DNA of 64,000 nt from Vitrella brassicaformis CCMP3155 (Eukaryota > Protista > Chromerida), in NCBI GenBank assembly GCA_001179505.1, contig CDMY01000375.1, forward strand, positions 1 through 64,000. Direction: 5' to 3'. Made by a program: the position numbers and the translations under genes. Under the pieces are notes generated by a model that worked only from the letters and a program-made list of their open reading frames with translations, was not told where the DNA came from and made no database searches. Below are positions 1 through 12,524 of this stretch, piece by piece. Positions within the stretch are counted from its first letter, which is position 1, and the number at the start of each line of letters is the position of its first letter.

Positions 1-300
1 TTGTTTTGTCCATGTATGGCATCATGAAGGGTGGTCAACACAGATCTCACTTCGGTGATGGCTGATAAGATCGTGTCTCCTCAGAATGCTTTCCTTGTCT
101 TTCCTTGTCTTCTCCTCTCTCTCTCCGTTACACAGCAATCTACCCTAGCTCACAAGCTCGCAGTGGTTCGTCTTGCCAAGCTGGCAAACCTGACACTCAC
201 TTCCCTCAAAACTGCTGCAGGCCCTGTGCAGGGTTTCCTTGTTCTTCAGGGTTTGAAATCCTGCACCCCATGAGCTAAGCGAGCAGGTACAGAGATCGAG

Positions 301-2574
301 ATGCGGCGTGAGATGCAGGCTACAGCAGTCCCTTCAGACGAAGGAGCATCCGAAGATGATGAATCATGCAGCGAGCTGGACACACTGACGGCTCCGTCCT
401 TCCCCGCCGAGGCGGAGAGGGCTCAGCCGGGCGGCAAGGGGTGGAAGTACCGCAGTGATCTCCGGTACGTGGACCAGTGGCGGGTCATCTGCATCGATAT
501 CGACAGATTCCGCACAAACAACAGAGATCTGGTGGGTGGAGAGGCAGCATCCATCCATCGCAGTGCATTGCTTGTGTGTTCTTTGTGTGTGATCTGGCCT
601 TGGCAGTTGAAGCAGAAGATCCGCCACGGCGTCCCCGATTGCCTCCGCGGCTTTGTGTGGCAGAAGCTGGCAGCCTCGCGGGACCTCTTTAGCAAACACC
701 CTGAGGGACTCTATCAGGTCACCGGACAGACAGACAAGCAGACACGCAGACGCACGTATGTATACGTCTGTGTGTGTCGGCTTCATTCAGCGTCTGCTTC
801 GCGAGCCCGAGGCTGTGTGTGAGGGTGACATCTCGCGTGACATCAGCCGCACCTTCCCCAAACACTTACTCTTCAGGGAGAGATCGGGGCTCGGGTCAGC
901 ACAGCAAGCACAGCCGCGGCGGGAGGGCGATGATGGACTGTGTGTGCCTGTTTGCCTCGTCTTTGTGATGTCAGTCAGGATTCTCTGTTCGATGTCTTGC
1001 GGGCGTACAGTGTGTTCAACCCGGAAGTCGGATACTGCCANNNNNNNNNNNNNNNNNNNNNNNNNNNNNNNNNNNNNNNNNNNNNNNNNNNNNNNNNNNN
1101 NNNNNNNNNNNNNNNNNNNNNNNNNNNNNNNNNNNNNNNNNNNNNNNNNNNNNNNNNNNNNNNNNNNNNNNNNNNNNNNNNNNNNNNNNNNNNNNNNNNN
1201 NNNNNNNNNNNNNNNNNNNNNNNNNNNNNNNNNNNNNNNNNNNNNNNNNNNNNNNNNNNNNNNNNNNNNNNNNNNNNNNNNNNNNNNNNNNNNNNNNNNN
1301 NNNNNNNNNNNNNNNNNNNNNNNNNNNNNNNNNNNNNNNNGGCGGGGGCGGGAGCGAGCCATTGGCTCCCTTCCCTCTGTCTGTTGGTGTGTGGATCGAT
1401 CCATCCATCCATGCATCCATGCATCCATCCATCCATCAGGTATGGGATTCATCACGGGTCTGCTTCTGATGTACATGGACGAGGAGGATGCATTTGCCAT
1501 GCTGGCGGCCCTGCTCGACAAATACCAAATGGCCGGTGGGGGGCTGGGTGGGTGGGCTTGGCAGGTGACTGACTGACCATCGTTGCCTGCCGCAGGCTTG
1601 TTTCGCCCTGGGCTGCCTCTGCTGGACAAGTACTTTTACCAGGTCACACATACACTGACAAGAGATGATCATCAATTCACCACCGTGTGTCTCGTTCCCA
1701 TCTGTCTGTGTGGGTGTCATTCAGTTCCAGCGCCTGTTGCAGGCCCACATGCCGCGCCTTCACGACCACCTGGTGGGCATAGCAGACATACAGACAGACG
1801 CCATCAACCATACATGTCCCTGCTGTTGTCTGTATGTTGTACGTGTGCACTGCAGCGCGCCGAGAATGTCGACGCGACCATGTATGCGTCCCAGTGGTTC
1901 ATGACCGTCTTCACATACAACTTCCCTTTCGAGGTCACACACAGAGAGAGCACACAACAGACCGACATGATATGATGCACGCACCCACCATATATTGCAC
2001 CCCCGTGGCCAGCTGCGTGTGTGCATCTGTGCGTGTGCAGGTGATGGTGCGTGTGTGGGACATCTTCCTGGCGGAGGGCATCAAGATCGTTTTTCGAGTC
2101 GCACTGGCCATCCTGACCCTCCAACAGGGTCAGCAGCCGAGCCGACACACACAGAGCCTCCGGGTGCATTGGTCGATCCGTCGGTGGTGGACGGCTGCCT
2201 ACCTGCCTGTCTGTGTGGTGCAGATGAGCTGTTCAAGGAGTCCTTCGAGGCCATCCTGCACCGCCTCAAGTGCTCAGCCACCACACTCAAGGTCAGACAC
2301 GCAGGCCATGCTCACGACGACGCATTCGACTGTTCTGTCTGTGTGTGTGTGTGTGTGTGTGCGCGTCAGGCCGAGGCTCTTGTCTGCACGGCTCTGTCGA
2401 TAAAGATACCTATCGGGGTGCTCAAGGTGAGTCAGTCAGCACATATTAAGACATGCAGCATTCAGTCAGCCACCAACCCCACGACGGACGGCAATGGACG
2501 TGGCGCATGCAATCACTGCCTTCCTGCAGGAACTGGAGAGCGAATACAATGACAATCGCCGGCAGCCCACCTGA
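301..2574 (+). CDS. TBC-domain Rab GTPase-activating protein (EVI5/GYP5-like), multi-exon, spans an assembly gap
   Basis: Spliced exons give IRHGVPDCLRGFVWQKL, ISRDISRTFPKHLLF (IxxDxxR arginine finger), GLGQDSLFDVLRAYSVFNPEVGYCQ|GMGF (YxQ motif), MYASQWFMTVF and VRVWDIFLAEG. GT-AG introns restore the frame; TGA at 2572-2574. Confidence 0.92.
1041..1340. other. Assembly gap (300 N) inside an intron of the TBC gene
   Basis: Run of N between the GYCQ and GMGF exons. Confidence 0.99.
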
Positions 2575-3192
2575 CCTGAGCAGAGGGAGGGTTAGCAGAG
2601 GGGAGAGCATGCGTGGCGCTGTTTTGGAGCATCCTGGGTGGGTGGGTTGGTGGATGAGTGAGAGCTGCCGTGCCGTTGCCCATCCGTAGACAAGACAGAC
2701 AGACAGACAGATGCTTTCACTATCCATACGTTCGTTACACTTGAATCTGCTTTTGTTGGTCTCGCTCTCTGGTGCGCAGCGCACTGTTGGGCGTTTGTGT
2801 GTGTTTTTTAGCGATAGGGCAGCGATGGCTGGACTTCACTGGTACATATGATGGACATACGACGTAAGGTCCAACCGCCTGGCCCCTCGACTGGCTGCAA
2901 TCCGAGCAGAGGAATGACCTCCATCGCGATGCACCACCCGTCCGATGCGGATCTGCAAGCGGCCTTCTCGAGCCATCCCCCTCCCTCTTCTCCCCCCACC
3001 AACCCGTCCACCAGGTCTGTCTGCATCGCATCGATGGATGTCGCATGCACATGGCGATAAAGAACTCCCACAACCGACGACAAACTTACTGAGTAAATGA
3101 CTAGAACACCGCGCTGCAGCAGGTCGATAAAACCTCACACACCCACTTCCTAGCACAGCACAGCCACACATCTAGCACAGCTACTCATCCCT

Positions 3193-5727
3193 TCACTCCT
3201 TCCGTCCCCCCGTCACCGTCACACACACAGCCTGTCCGGGCGTCTGCGTGACACGCGCACACCTCACGTCAAAGCCGCCACCCAACCGATCCACACACTC
3301 GAAGCAGAAGGCCAGTCGCCCGTCTTCCAGTCCGTCGACGGCCAGCATGACGTCCGCCCAGTCAGGTCGGATGAGACCCACCAGCCTCATGCACGACAGC
3401 ACGGACGCGTGGTTGGGGGAGTGTCTCATGCCGGTCATGCGCACGGTGAGCTTGTCGACCCGCGGGAAGGCCATCTGCTGGTGGGGCAGTGTCTCGGGGA
3501 GATCGGTCACGTGGTGGCCCAGCGTGATGCTGCACTTGGCCAGCCGCTTCGCCGACACATAGGACAGAAGCTTGGCGGCCTATGTGGACACACAAGGAGA
3601 GGAAGGAAAACTTGGATGGATGGATGGCTGGCTGGAGATGGTCTTCCTTTCCCTCGCTGGCCTGCCTACCGTGAACATGCTGGAGGATTCGATCTCGAGG
3701 TCTGTCAGCGTCGCCAGGCTCCCGACAAGCTTGCTCAGGGCGTGTGGCTCCCCATCCGGCAGTTCCTTCGTTTCATCTGCCAGCGCCCCACCGTTAGATT
3801 TGTTGACGTGCGTCACGAGGGCCACCATGCAGCTGAGGCTCTCGAGGGCGGGGAAATGGCGATTGTTGCCGTCCGCCCCCTGCTCACTCAGCCACATGGG
3901 CACGCTCTCAACGGCTGTGGCTGCCGGCACATAAGTGACTACATTGCCAAACGGCTCCACCCTGAGCGATTTAGCCCGGGGGAACAGGAGCGCGCCGCTC
4001 CATGACTTGTCGAGGGGGTCGCCACCATGATACAGGTGGACCTGACCAACCGAGAGAGACACCAAGTGTTGACACGGAATCGTCACATGCGCTGTGCCGT
4101 GTGCGTGTGTGTCTCACTCACCTCTTTCTGTTTGCTCGCCAGGTCCCTGATGATGTCGGCGACGGGTCCGATGACGGCTTGGGGCTGATCGGCCGCCTCC
4201 ACAGTGCAGTCGACATGCACCTCACCCTGCCACTCGATGGCGCAGCTGACCTTCTTCGCCCACTCAAGCAGATCTGGCAAGACAAAGCTGGTGGGGCTCG
4301 TCCTTGTCACCACCTGCTCTCCGAACTTAGCACTGACGTTGCAGTCGTACTTGATGCCCAGACGCTTCCGCACATCTGTTCAAAGGGATCAAGTAGAGAG
4401 GAGGGACCAAAAGGAAAAGACGCTGGGTCGATCTCTTCCTTGTGTGTTGTGTATATGTCCATCCACGAGTCTTCATACCCTTGTTCTCCGGTTTGCCCCA
4501 CTGTTTGTCGAGTCCTTTCACCAGGTCCCCGAGGCCAGCCATCGAGTGCTCCGTGATCTCAAGGCCCGTGAGCGTCGCGAGCTTGGGAGGCAGGCCCAGC
4601 GACTGGGTGAAGACATGCCAGTGGATCCAATCGAAGAACTCGGTGAGGCGCTCAAAGTGGATTTCCTCCAGTTGAGGGGATGTCGACAGGATGTGCGGCA
4701 GGGTGATGGCCTCCTCCAGCTGGTGCGACGACTTGTTGACGTGCAGCACACGCAGCGAGGGGAAGCTGTACTCTTGAAGTCTGACAATCCCCCACACAGA
4801 AGGAGCAACAAGAACGGAAAGACGCCGTGAGACACAGCTCCTTTATGTCACACCAAGTGGTGCATCTCTCTCTCTCACGTACGCGAAGTTTCTGAGCCAG
4901 AGCATTCCAGCCGTCAGCGTCTCAACCTTGTCGAACACCACCGCCTCCACCACGGCATTGTCCTCCGTCGCCTCAGAAGCGTCCTCAGGCGCCGTCTCGC
5001 TGTCACGCGTCGTTTCAGAGTCGGTGCCGTCGTCCTCGAAATCATCATCATCATCACCACCATCATCATCATTGTCATCTTCGCCAGGTTCTCCGAAATC
5101 GATTGCCCGCTGGTCGATCAGGGAGTTCTTGACGTGTATGCTGGTCAGTGTGCCACGGGCAGCCACCAGGATGTCCGCCAGGACTGGGCTGACCTTTGTC
5201 GTCATCTCGCATCTGACGGGCGTCGTGTCGATGTAAGCCGTCACAATCGAAGCCTGTGTGCATTGATTACAAAGGGAAGGGTCCATCCCATCCACACATT
5301 CTCAAAGCACAGCTTGACGTCCCACCCTCCTCACTCAACTCACCAGCTTCTTCTTGGCCTGCTCACGCTCGTCTGCGTGGGAGGGCGAAGCGAGCACCTC
5401 CCACACGCCACCATCCTCGGTGTAGGCGGCCACCAGGTCACGGAAGACGCCGCAGTCTGTGCTGTTGATGGTGTGGTGGAAGTCTCGGGAGCATCGGCAG
5501 AGTCTGGCGGCCTGCGTGGTGGTGAGGTAGGACGTGATGTGGCTGATCAGGGGGACATCCAGCTGCGTGATGTGACACACCTGATGTCCCAAAACACACG
5601 CAGGCACCGGAGCTCGTTCAGCCTACACACAGACCTTCGTATCGCTGATACGTACCCGTTTGCATTCTTTGCGTAGCTGGTGCGTCCTGGAACCTCTCAT
5701 TCGCCGCGATTCTGTCTTCCTCACCAT
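3193..5727 (-). CDS. Lineage-specific protein with N-terminal F-box-like motif, acidic tract and LRR-like segments
   Basis: ATG at 5727 (MVRKTESRR...CKR|VCHITQLDVPLISHITSYLTTTQAARLCRCSRDF is F-box-like). Downstream exons carry LRR-like text (FPSLRVLHV, PQLEEIHF, FPALESLSC, LTDLEIES) and a DDNDDDGGDDDDD tract. The start and last exon are inferred. Confidence 0.62.
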
Positions 5728-5992
5728 TGATTGTGGCTCACGGCGACGGACGGATTGCCGGTACGATGAGCCGAGCAGAGAACGGACCTGACAGCGAGCA
5801 CCCAAAGGGGGAGAGATCTTCTGCTGCGAGCTTGTGCGAGCTGAGAATGCAGATCTGACCCGTGAATGCCTTTCCTCGTCTACTCCTCGTAACACTGCCA
5901 CTTTTGCTCGTTGACGCCACAGCAAGAGCAGCAGGAGGAAGGATCTGACGGCAGCTGGTGGTCAACACTTCAGGTGGCATTATCTCATCGCC

Positions 5993-8745
5993 ATGTGGCT
6001 CCTCCACACTCTGCTGCTGCTCATCACCTGTTTCGCAGCCTCGGCTTTCAGCTTCCGCATCGTGCTCTCCAGATCCTCTCCGCGCCGATGGCGGTCATCC
6101 CCTCTTCTCTCAATGTCTGCGGCCGTCCGCATGCTGCCGGCGAGGCGTCCGGCGTTGGTGCGCAAGGACCGCAAATACTACAACGCCATCACCAACCGAA
6201 TGACCCGCATGCGCGACGTTGACGAGCTGTTGCAACTCATCGACCAGCACTTTGGCGACTTCAACAGCGTGCATGTGGTTGCGGCTCTTCACAAGCTGGC
6301 CAGGGCCGTCAGTGATGGGAGGGACGGGCATGTGTCGGCGGTGGACCGGCTCAAGAGCGATGAGGTGTTTGTGCGGCTTGTGGAGAGGCTGCGGTGGCTG
6401 CTGCAGAGGTCGTCCAAGTTCCTACCGAGGCATCTGTCGAACGCCGCGTGGGCGCTGGCGAGGCTGGGCGTCAGAGATGATGAGGTGGGCATCCACTCAT
6501 TCATGCCATGGCTTGATCTCCCTCTGTCGAAGGTGTGCCATGTGTGTTATGTGGTCAGCTGTATGAGCTGTTGAGCCGTCAGGCCATCGGTCGTCTGCGC
6601 AAGTTCCAGCCTCAGGAGATGAGCAACATGCTGTGGGCATACGCCACCAGTAAGTGAGCGCACATTGGGCAGTGAGTCACGCGACTGACGGACAAGCCTA
6701 CTAACTGTCCATTTGTGTATCTCTTGTCTGTCTGTCTGCTTTTCTCAGTCGGTCAACGCGACCCAGCGTTGGTGTACCAGATGTACCCATTCCTCGCGCG
6801 AGAACTCTCACGAGCGGCATTCGCCCCACAGGTACGCACACAGACGCAACGACACGCACTGCCTCATCAGCTCTGTTCTTGTTTGTTCAGGAGCTGGCCA
6901 ACACGTTATGGGCACTGACGACTCTCGGCATGGCCGACACGGCCTTCCTTCTCGACGCAGCCGATGCCATCACCAAGTCATTCGACCAGTACCGACCCAT
7001 GGACATCGCCACCATCCTTTGGTCCTTCGCGGCCGTCGGCGGCCTTCCGCCAACCATCTTCCCGGCCATCGCGCGTGCAGCTGTGGTGCGGGCTGAGGCG
7101 GTGGTCAAGCAGACAGGGGCTGGAGGAGGCCAGTTCTCTGGGCAGGACTGCTCTCTCATGGTGTGGGCCTGCGCACAAGCGGGGATCCAGGAGCACGATA
7201 GAGACGTCCTGGACGGCATTGTCAAAGTGGCCAGGGGCCGACTGGGGACGTTTTCCGACCAGGCGTTGGCCAACTTCGTGTGGGGTCTTGCCGTCCTGGA
7301 TCATCACGACCTTCCTCTCTTCAGCGAGGCCTTCAGAGAAGTGGAGAGGCGCGTCAGGGACGGCTTGATGGCGTCACCCAAGCACCGGCAGCAGATCTTT
7401 TGGGCCCACCTGTCGCTGATGCTCGACGAGCGGATCGACGAGGGTCAGAGGGGTGCGGTGGCGATGGACGAGAGGCTGCTTGAGAGGTTTCGGGAGAGCT
7501 TCATGGGTGTGAGCGGGGTCAAGGGTGAGGGAGGCGAGAAGCTCTTCTCGTCCAGCCTGCATCAGGCCGTCTCTCTAGCCCTCAGCCGATTCCTCAAGGT
7601 GAGAGACAGGTGATGAATCCGATACACACACGACACCTGTAGGCGATGGATGCATTTGTGTTTGCTTGTCATTGCTATGTGTCTCGTGTCAGGTTGAGCA
7701 CCAGAATGAGTACTGGATTCGCAATGCCATAGTCGTCGATATCGCAATGCCGGAACGAAAGGTCACACACACACACACACACATACAAGGAGCCGATGAC
7801 CCATGTGCTCAAATGCGTGCGTGTTGTGCAGGTTGCTTTGGAGGTTGACGGTCCCTTTCATTATCAGTCGCTGGGCCTGGGGCAGTCGCTGCAGGACCCC
7901 GACACGCCCCCACAGATCACACCCAAGACGCTCTTCAAGAGAAGGATACTCAAACAGTTGGGATGGAAGGTCAGACATGACACAGCGGACAACGCACCTG
8001 CCAACGCCAAACACCGATCAAAATTTTGTGAATGCGTCCATGTCTGTCTGTCGTCTCTCAGGTGACGTCGATTCCCTACTTCGAGTGGCATGCCCTCCGC
8101 AGCCGCAAAGACAAGGAGGAGTACGTCAAGCAACGGTTCCTGGACATCGGAGTGGACATCACCGCGCCCCCGGACATCCGGCAGGAGGACGACAGCCAAG
8201 CGTCAGCGCCACTCAGCACCCCCCGGAGGCCTAAGAGCAGACCAGAGGTGTTGGCGGCGATGAACACGGCCCCTGCTGCCCAGCAGGCACCCTCCCTCTC
8301 CCCCCATCCCTCCCCAGTTGACCATGCGGCACCGCCCCACGACATACAATCGTCCGCCGCCTCGTCCCGCCCGCCGCCTGCTATGGAACCACAGATTCTG
8401 TCGGTCACTTCCATCTGGGAGCCAGACGGGAGGGGTGAAGGCGGCAAGAGTCAAGAGGATCGACCAAGGGATGACGCAGCCAAGGGCGTCACGAGTGAGG
8501 CGACGGATGGAGTGGATGTGCCAATGGCGAGGCGGCGGTGGAGTGACATGGTGGCCGAGGGGTTTGAGTGGGACGATGGGGACGATTCCCTTACAGGCCC
8601 TGAGGGCGATGTCGATGACGATGTGTCGTCTACTTTTGATGGGATCGACAGTGATGATATGGATGTGTATGACATGTTTGAGGGTTTGGAGGACGACTTA
8701 GATAGGCGATTGGGCATATCAAGCACTGGCAGACAGAACACCTGA
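5993..8745 (+). CDS. RAP-domain, helical-repeat (OPR/FASTK-like) RNA-binding protein with bipartite plastid-targeting presequence
   Basis: Signal peptide MWLLHTLLLLITCFAASA-F followed by an S/R-rich transit region. Repeats such as FLPRHLSNAAWALARLG, FQPQEMSNMLWAYAT and FSDQALANFVWGLAVL. C-terminal RAP domain: VDIAMPERK|VALEVDGPFHY...KRRILKQLGWK|VTSIPYFEW. Confidence 0.87.
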
Positions 8746-8985
8746 CTGACTCATGCATGCGATGCTTGGTTCCTTGACTGACACTCGGCGACAGATGCGC
8801 TTGTGCAGTCCAATACAGTGTCAACACCCCGCCAGATATGAAATGTAGGCACCGATGGATAGCAAGCCTCTTCCGCGCTTCTGTGTCAATTTTGTGGGTG
8901 GGGGGCGGCCGCCTCGACAGGGGGATGAACGGTATCATCATTCAAAGACACTGACTGACATTGACAAGACAGGCGAGTTCGTTCA

Positions 8986-9049
8986 CCATACATATGGGGG
9001 CTGACAAGGCCCATGTGTCCCATACATATGGGCTGACAAGGCCCATGTG
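8986..9049. repeat. Two tandem ~32-bp units, each able to fold into a hairpin
   Basis: ccatacatatggg(gg)ctgacaaggcccatgtgt x2; internal stem catatgggc / gcccatgtg. Confidence 0.85.
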
Positions 9050-9648
9050 TCAGTCAGTCTATCGAACAAGGAAGGCATGGCTCAAGTCAATTGAGTGTAA
9101 TTGGTCATCTGCACAGGCATGGCATGCACAGTGATGTATGTCTCAATGGACGCATACATACATGTGAAAAAGAGGCAAGCATGGCAGGCGGCAGACAGCA
9201 ACAACGGCACTCCACACCCCAGCATACCTAGCATGCATTGAGATGAGGAGAACCGAAAGCCTATCTCTCAGCAAGGGACCTACAGCTATATAATGGTATG
9301 ATAATTATGATACACAGACACGCGCCGGCCGAATCAGCAACCGGAGATACGCATCAGTCAGTAGTCAGTCATATATCTCACACATGGATGGATGGAACGG
9401 AGACAGGAGATGGATGGCCAGACAGACCGCCGTGTGTGGTGCCAGCGGGTGCGGTGGGTGAAGTGGGGGTCTGTCGGCTCGACCTCGCCCCCAATGTATG
9501 TATGTATGTATGCAGTGGGTGTGAAATCGCCCGTCTGTCTGCCCGCCGTACTCAAACACACACACACATGAACGAAGACCCTCTCTCTCCCCCATCATAT
9601 ATGCCATCCCTCTCTCTTGTGTACACGTGAGAAGCCAATTGTAATAAC

Positions 9649-9925
9649 CTAGTCCCGACCGTCCTTCTCAGGCTGCAGCTCCTTGTCCTCCCTTGGCTCT
9701 TCGTACTCGGTGTGGACCCACCCGGTTTCTCGGAACTCTCTCTGCACACTGAGAAAGGGACGCAGAGGGTTGTGAGGTCTGTGCCATGTCTCTCCTGTGA
9801 GTGTGTGTCTTGAGGTCTTACGTGAGCTCCCCCTCGTCAAACTTGACGGGCTGGGCGCAGCCGAAGAAGATGCAGCAGAAACACGACCAGTTCCAGCAGG
9901 TGCCAGCAGCAGTGGGCTTCACCAT
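9649..9925 (-). CDS. Small (67 aa) two-exon protein with Cys-rich N-terminus
   Basis: MVKPTAAGTCWNWSCFCCIFFGCAQPVKFDEGELT|VQREFRETGWVHTEYEEPREDKELQPEKDGRD*. A phase-2 GTAAG...TTTCTCAG intron (9821-9750) joins the two exons in frame. Confidence 0.58.
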
Positions 9926-12524
9926 GATGGATGGACCTGATCGATCAGCCAACCAATGATTGGGACGGAGGAGACACAGGAGACAGCGTGTGGGCACACA
10001 GAGAGGAGGAGGGCATGAGGATGCGCTTACCGTTGACAAACAGAGGATGAAAGGACGCCGAAGCAATCAGGTGTCTCAAGAGAGAAACAAAGGGAAACCT
10101 GGAATGCCAGAGCAACAGACACGACCTCCGTGTGAGAGCAACAAATGGCTGCTTGACGCCGTGTGGTCTACTTGAAGCAGCAAAGGTAGGTTGCCACTTG
10201 AGTCAGCAAGGGTATTCCTCAATGTGTCCCGAAATGAAGCAGCAAAGGCAGCAAAGGGAGATGTCTACGTCAATTGGCAAAGATCTCGCTGGATGGACAG
10301 CACCACACACGACCCACGGAATGGAAGGAAGAGACAGAGATGTGCCGTCTCTCTCCGATTCTGCCCACCTGAAGCAAGGGGGTTGCCCGTACAAGCGGAA
10401 GAGAAGCTTCGTGAGAGAAGCAAGCCTCTCTTGAACCCAACGACTAGAGAAAGAGGAAAGTCCCGATCTGTGCACATGATTAGAGGACAAAAGAAGCATG
10501 AGCCCGCGCGCCATCTCTGTGTCCGTCCCGACGTCGCCTACTTGAGCCTCTTGAACACAGACCTCAATGAGGTGCCTGCGAAGCCCGAAGAGAGCCGACG
10601 CGTGTGACTTGATAGAGTAAGACAAACTCTGTTGACGTTGACCTGCGTCGTACAGCAGCAAAGCAGACAGGTAAGACAGAATATCAGGACAGGTTCGCTC
10701 CTCTGCTCTGCTCCCCCACGAGCATTGCGCCCCTCCCCGCCTCCCACGCCTATGTCCCACGCCATGCCACTGATCTACAACAGGCTACCCCTGTCCAACA
10801 GAGCTGAAAAGACTGAACCCCCCACTGTCGCTTCGATGGCAAGAGGCCCCCCCCGCCCTCTTGCTGCCCTCAGACTGCAGCATCAATGGTAGCATGTGGG
10901 TGAGCAGGAAGCGCTGCGCTAGCCCCATCCCTTCCTGTCTGGGCTGGGCGGCAATTGGCAGGGGGAGGGAGGGAAGGGCAACTAGGGAGGGGAGGGGCCA
11001 GTGGGGCGGGCAGGGGAGGGCAGGGAGAGAGGGACGTGCTTACCGAATGGAGAAGCTTGTTGAAAGAGAGTTCAGGAGCTGGTGACCTCACAGAACCGCT
11101 AGAGGTTACTTCGAGAAAGGGAGACTTCGAGACGCCGCGCTGCCCTGCAAGCTGATGGCTTGGCCCCCCCGTCTGCATGCAACCTCGAATGCTGTCCAAG
11201 CATCCATTTATCGCTGCATGCTGACCTGCATCTTGCCTTCGTCCCATACCATACTCCCATGTGAGTCTTCGGCGACGTCTCATCCCGCTTCGCCTGTCTG
11301 CTGAGAGTCGCGGCGGCACACCCGTTGATATAGGCATGTCTCAGCTCCCTTACCGAGGTATGGCGGCGGCACAGCAACTGGCTGCTGATCAATGTGTCAT
11401 TCCTTGCCTGGGGCGGTCTTCTGCCGCCAATCGCTCGTCGTCAAGAAGGTGCATGCAAGTCGTCGCCTCACCCCTGACAGCACCATCCAGCAGCTCAGCA
11501 GGAGGCCTCCATGCTCTCCATCCACAGGCGCCAACAGTTGCCGAATGCATCCCGAGGAAACCCCACAGACGTCTGCACAAAATGAAGCAGAAGCAATTGA
11601 GCAGAAGAGGTGCACGCAGGCCCAGTGTCAGCGTTCGTGCCGACGTCTGGCTTTCTTGTCGTCTGTCTTGTGTCTTTCGGCCCTCGGCAGCCCGTCAGTC
11701 CCTCTCGTCCGAGGGATGGTGTCGCCTGTAACGGGCTTCGAACTTCACGGGACGGGTGGCGATCGATCGTTGAGCGGGCCTCAAGGCAGCAGCTTCACCA
11801 CAGCTGCAGTGCCGGAGCGAGCGCAGCTCCTTGAGTACATGGGAACGGAAAGCGCTACCGGGGGCCGATTTGCGTCACAATTGTCGAGAGAGACATTCAA
11901 TTGCATAGTTAGTTACGTTACCGTCTCATACCGACTTCTGTGTCCATCCAATGTACCGTGACACCTCCCCCCTCAATCTTCAGGCACAGAAAAATGGCCC
12001 GCCTTAGATGCCAGCCATCAATACTCTCCCCCTTGCAAACACACACCGTCATGACGCAGCGGCAGACGACGGAAAAAAGGGTGGGCCGGAACATCTCATT
12101 CATTCATCCACCCATTCAGGCCAGGCCACCCGGCATTGTCGGCGGCCCAGACATTCCTTTGCACTCGTCGACGCACGTACACGCGCGTGGGCTGACTGGC
12201 AGCCAGGCCTGTCACGGTATGTGTGCATAAGCCCTCTCTGTTCCCCCCACCCCCGGCCCGGCCCCTTTCGCTTGTGTGCGTATAATATGTATGTCGCCCC
12301 AGTTTGGCCAAAATCTATCTAAGGCAGGCGGGAGGCAAGGCATGGCATGAAGGAGAGAGAGCCATGCAGCAAGACTGACTGCACAACTGCATGTGTACAC
12401 GGACGTGCAGTGTGCATAGCCAACGAACGTGAAGGGACGTGAAGCACCCATTCCCTCCCCCACCCACCCCCCCCTCCCCCCGTGGGTGTATGTGTGTGTA
12501 TGCGGCCCATTGGCACATGAGAGC

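Noticed and set aside
2808-3083. Coding-looking minus-strand ORF (DAMQTDLVDG...GWCIAMEVIPLLG) as an extra last exon of the F-box-like gene
   Set aside because: No convincing in-phase donor/acceptor pair found; the upstream exon already ends in a stop at 3193.
10191-10607. CVRPDVAY resembling the Ty1/copia RT 'TRPDIAY' motif
   Set aside because: Only one short motif; no YVDD, RNase H, integrase or LTRs nearby.
11090-11960. Degenerate coding-like stretch between the microprotein and cyclin genes
   Set aside because: No consistent frame, splice pattern or recognisable motif.
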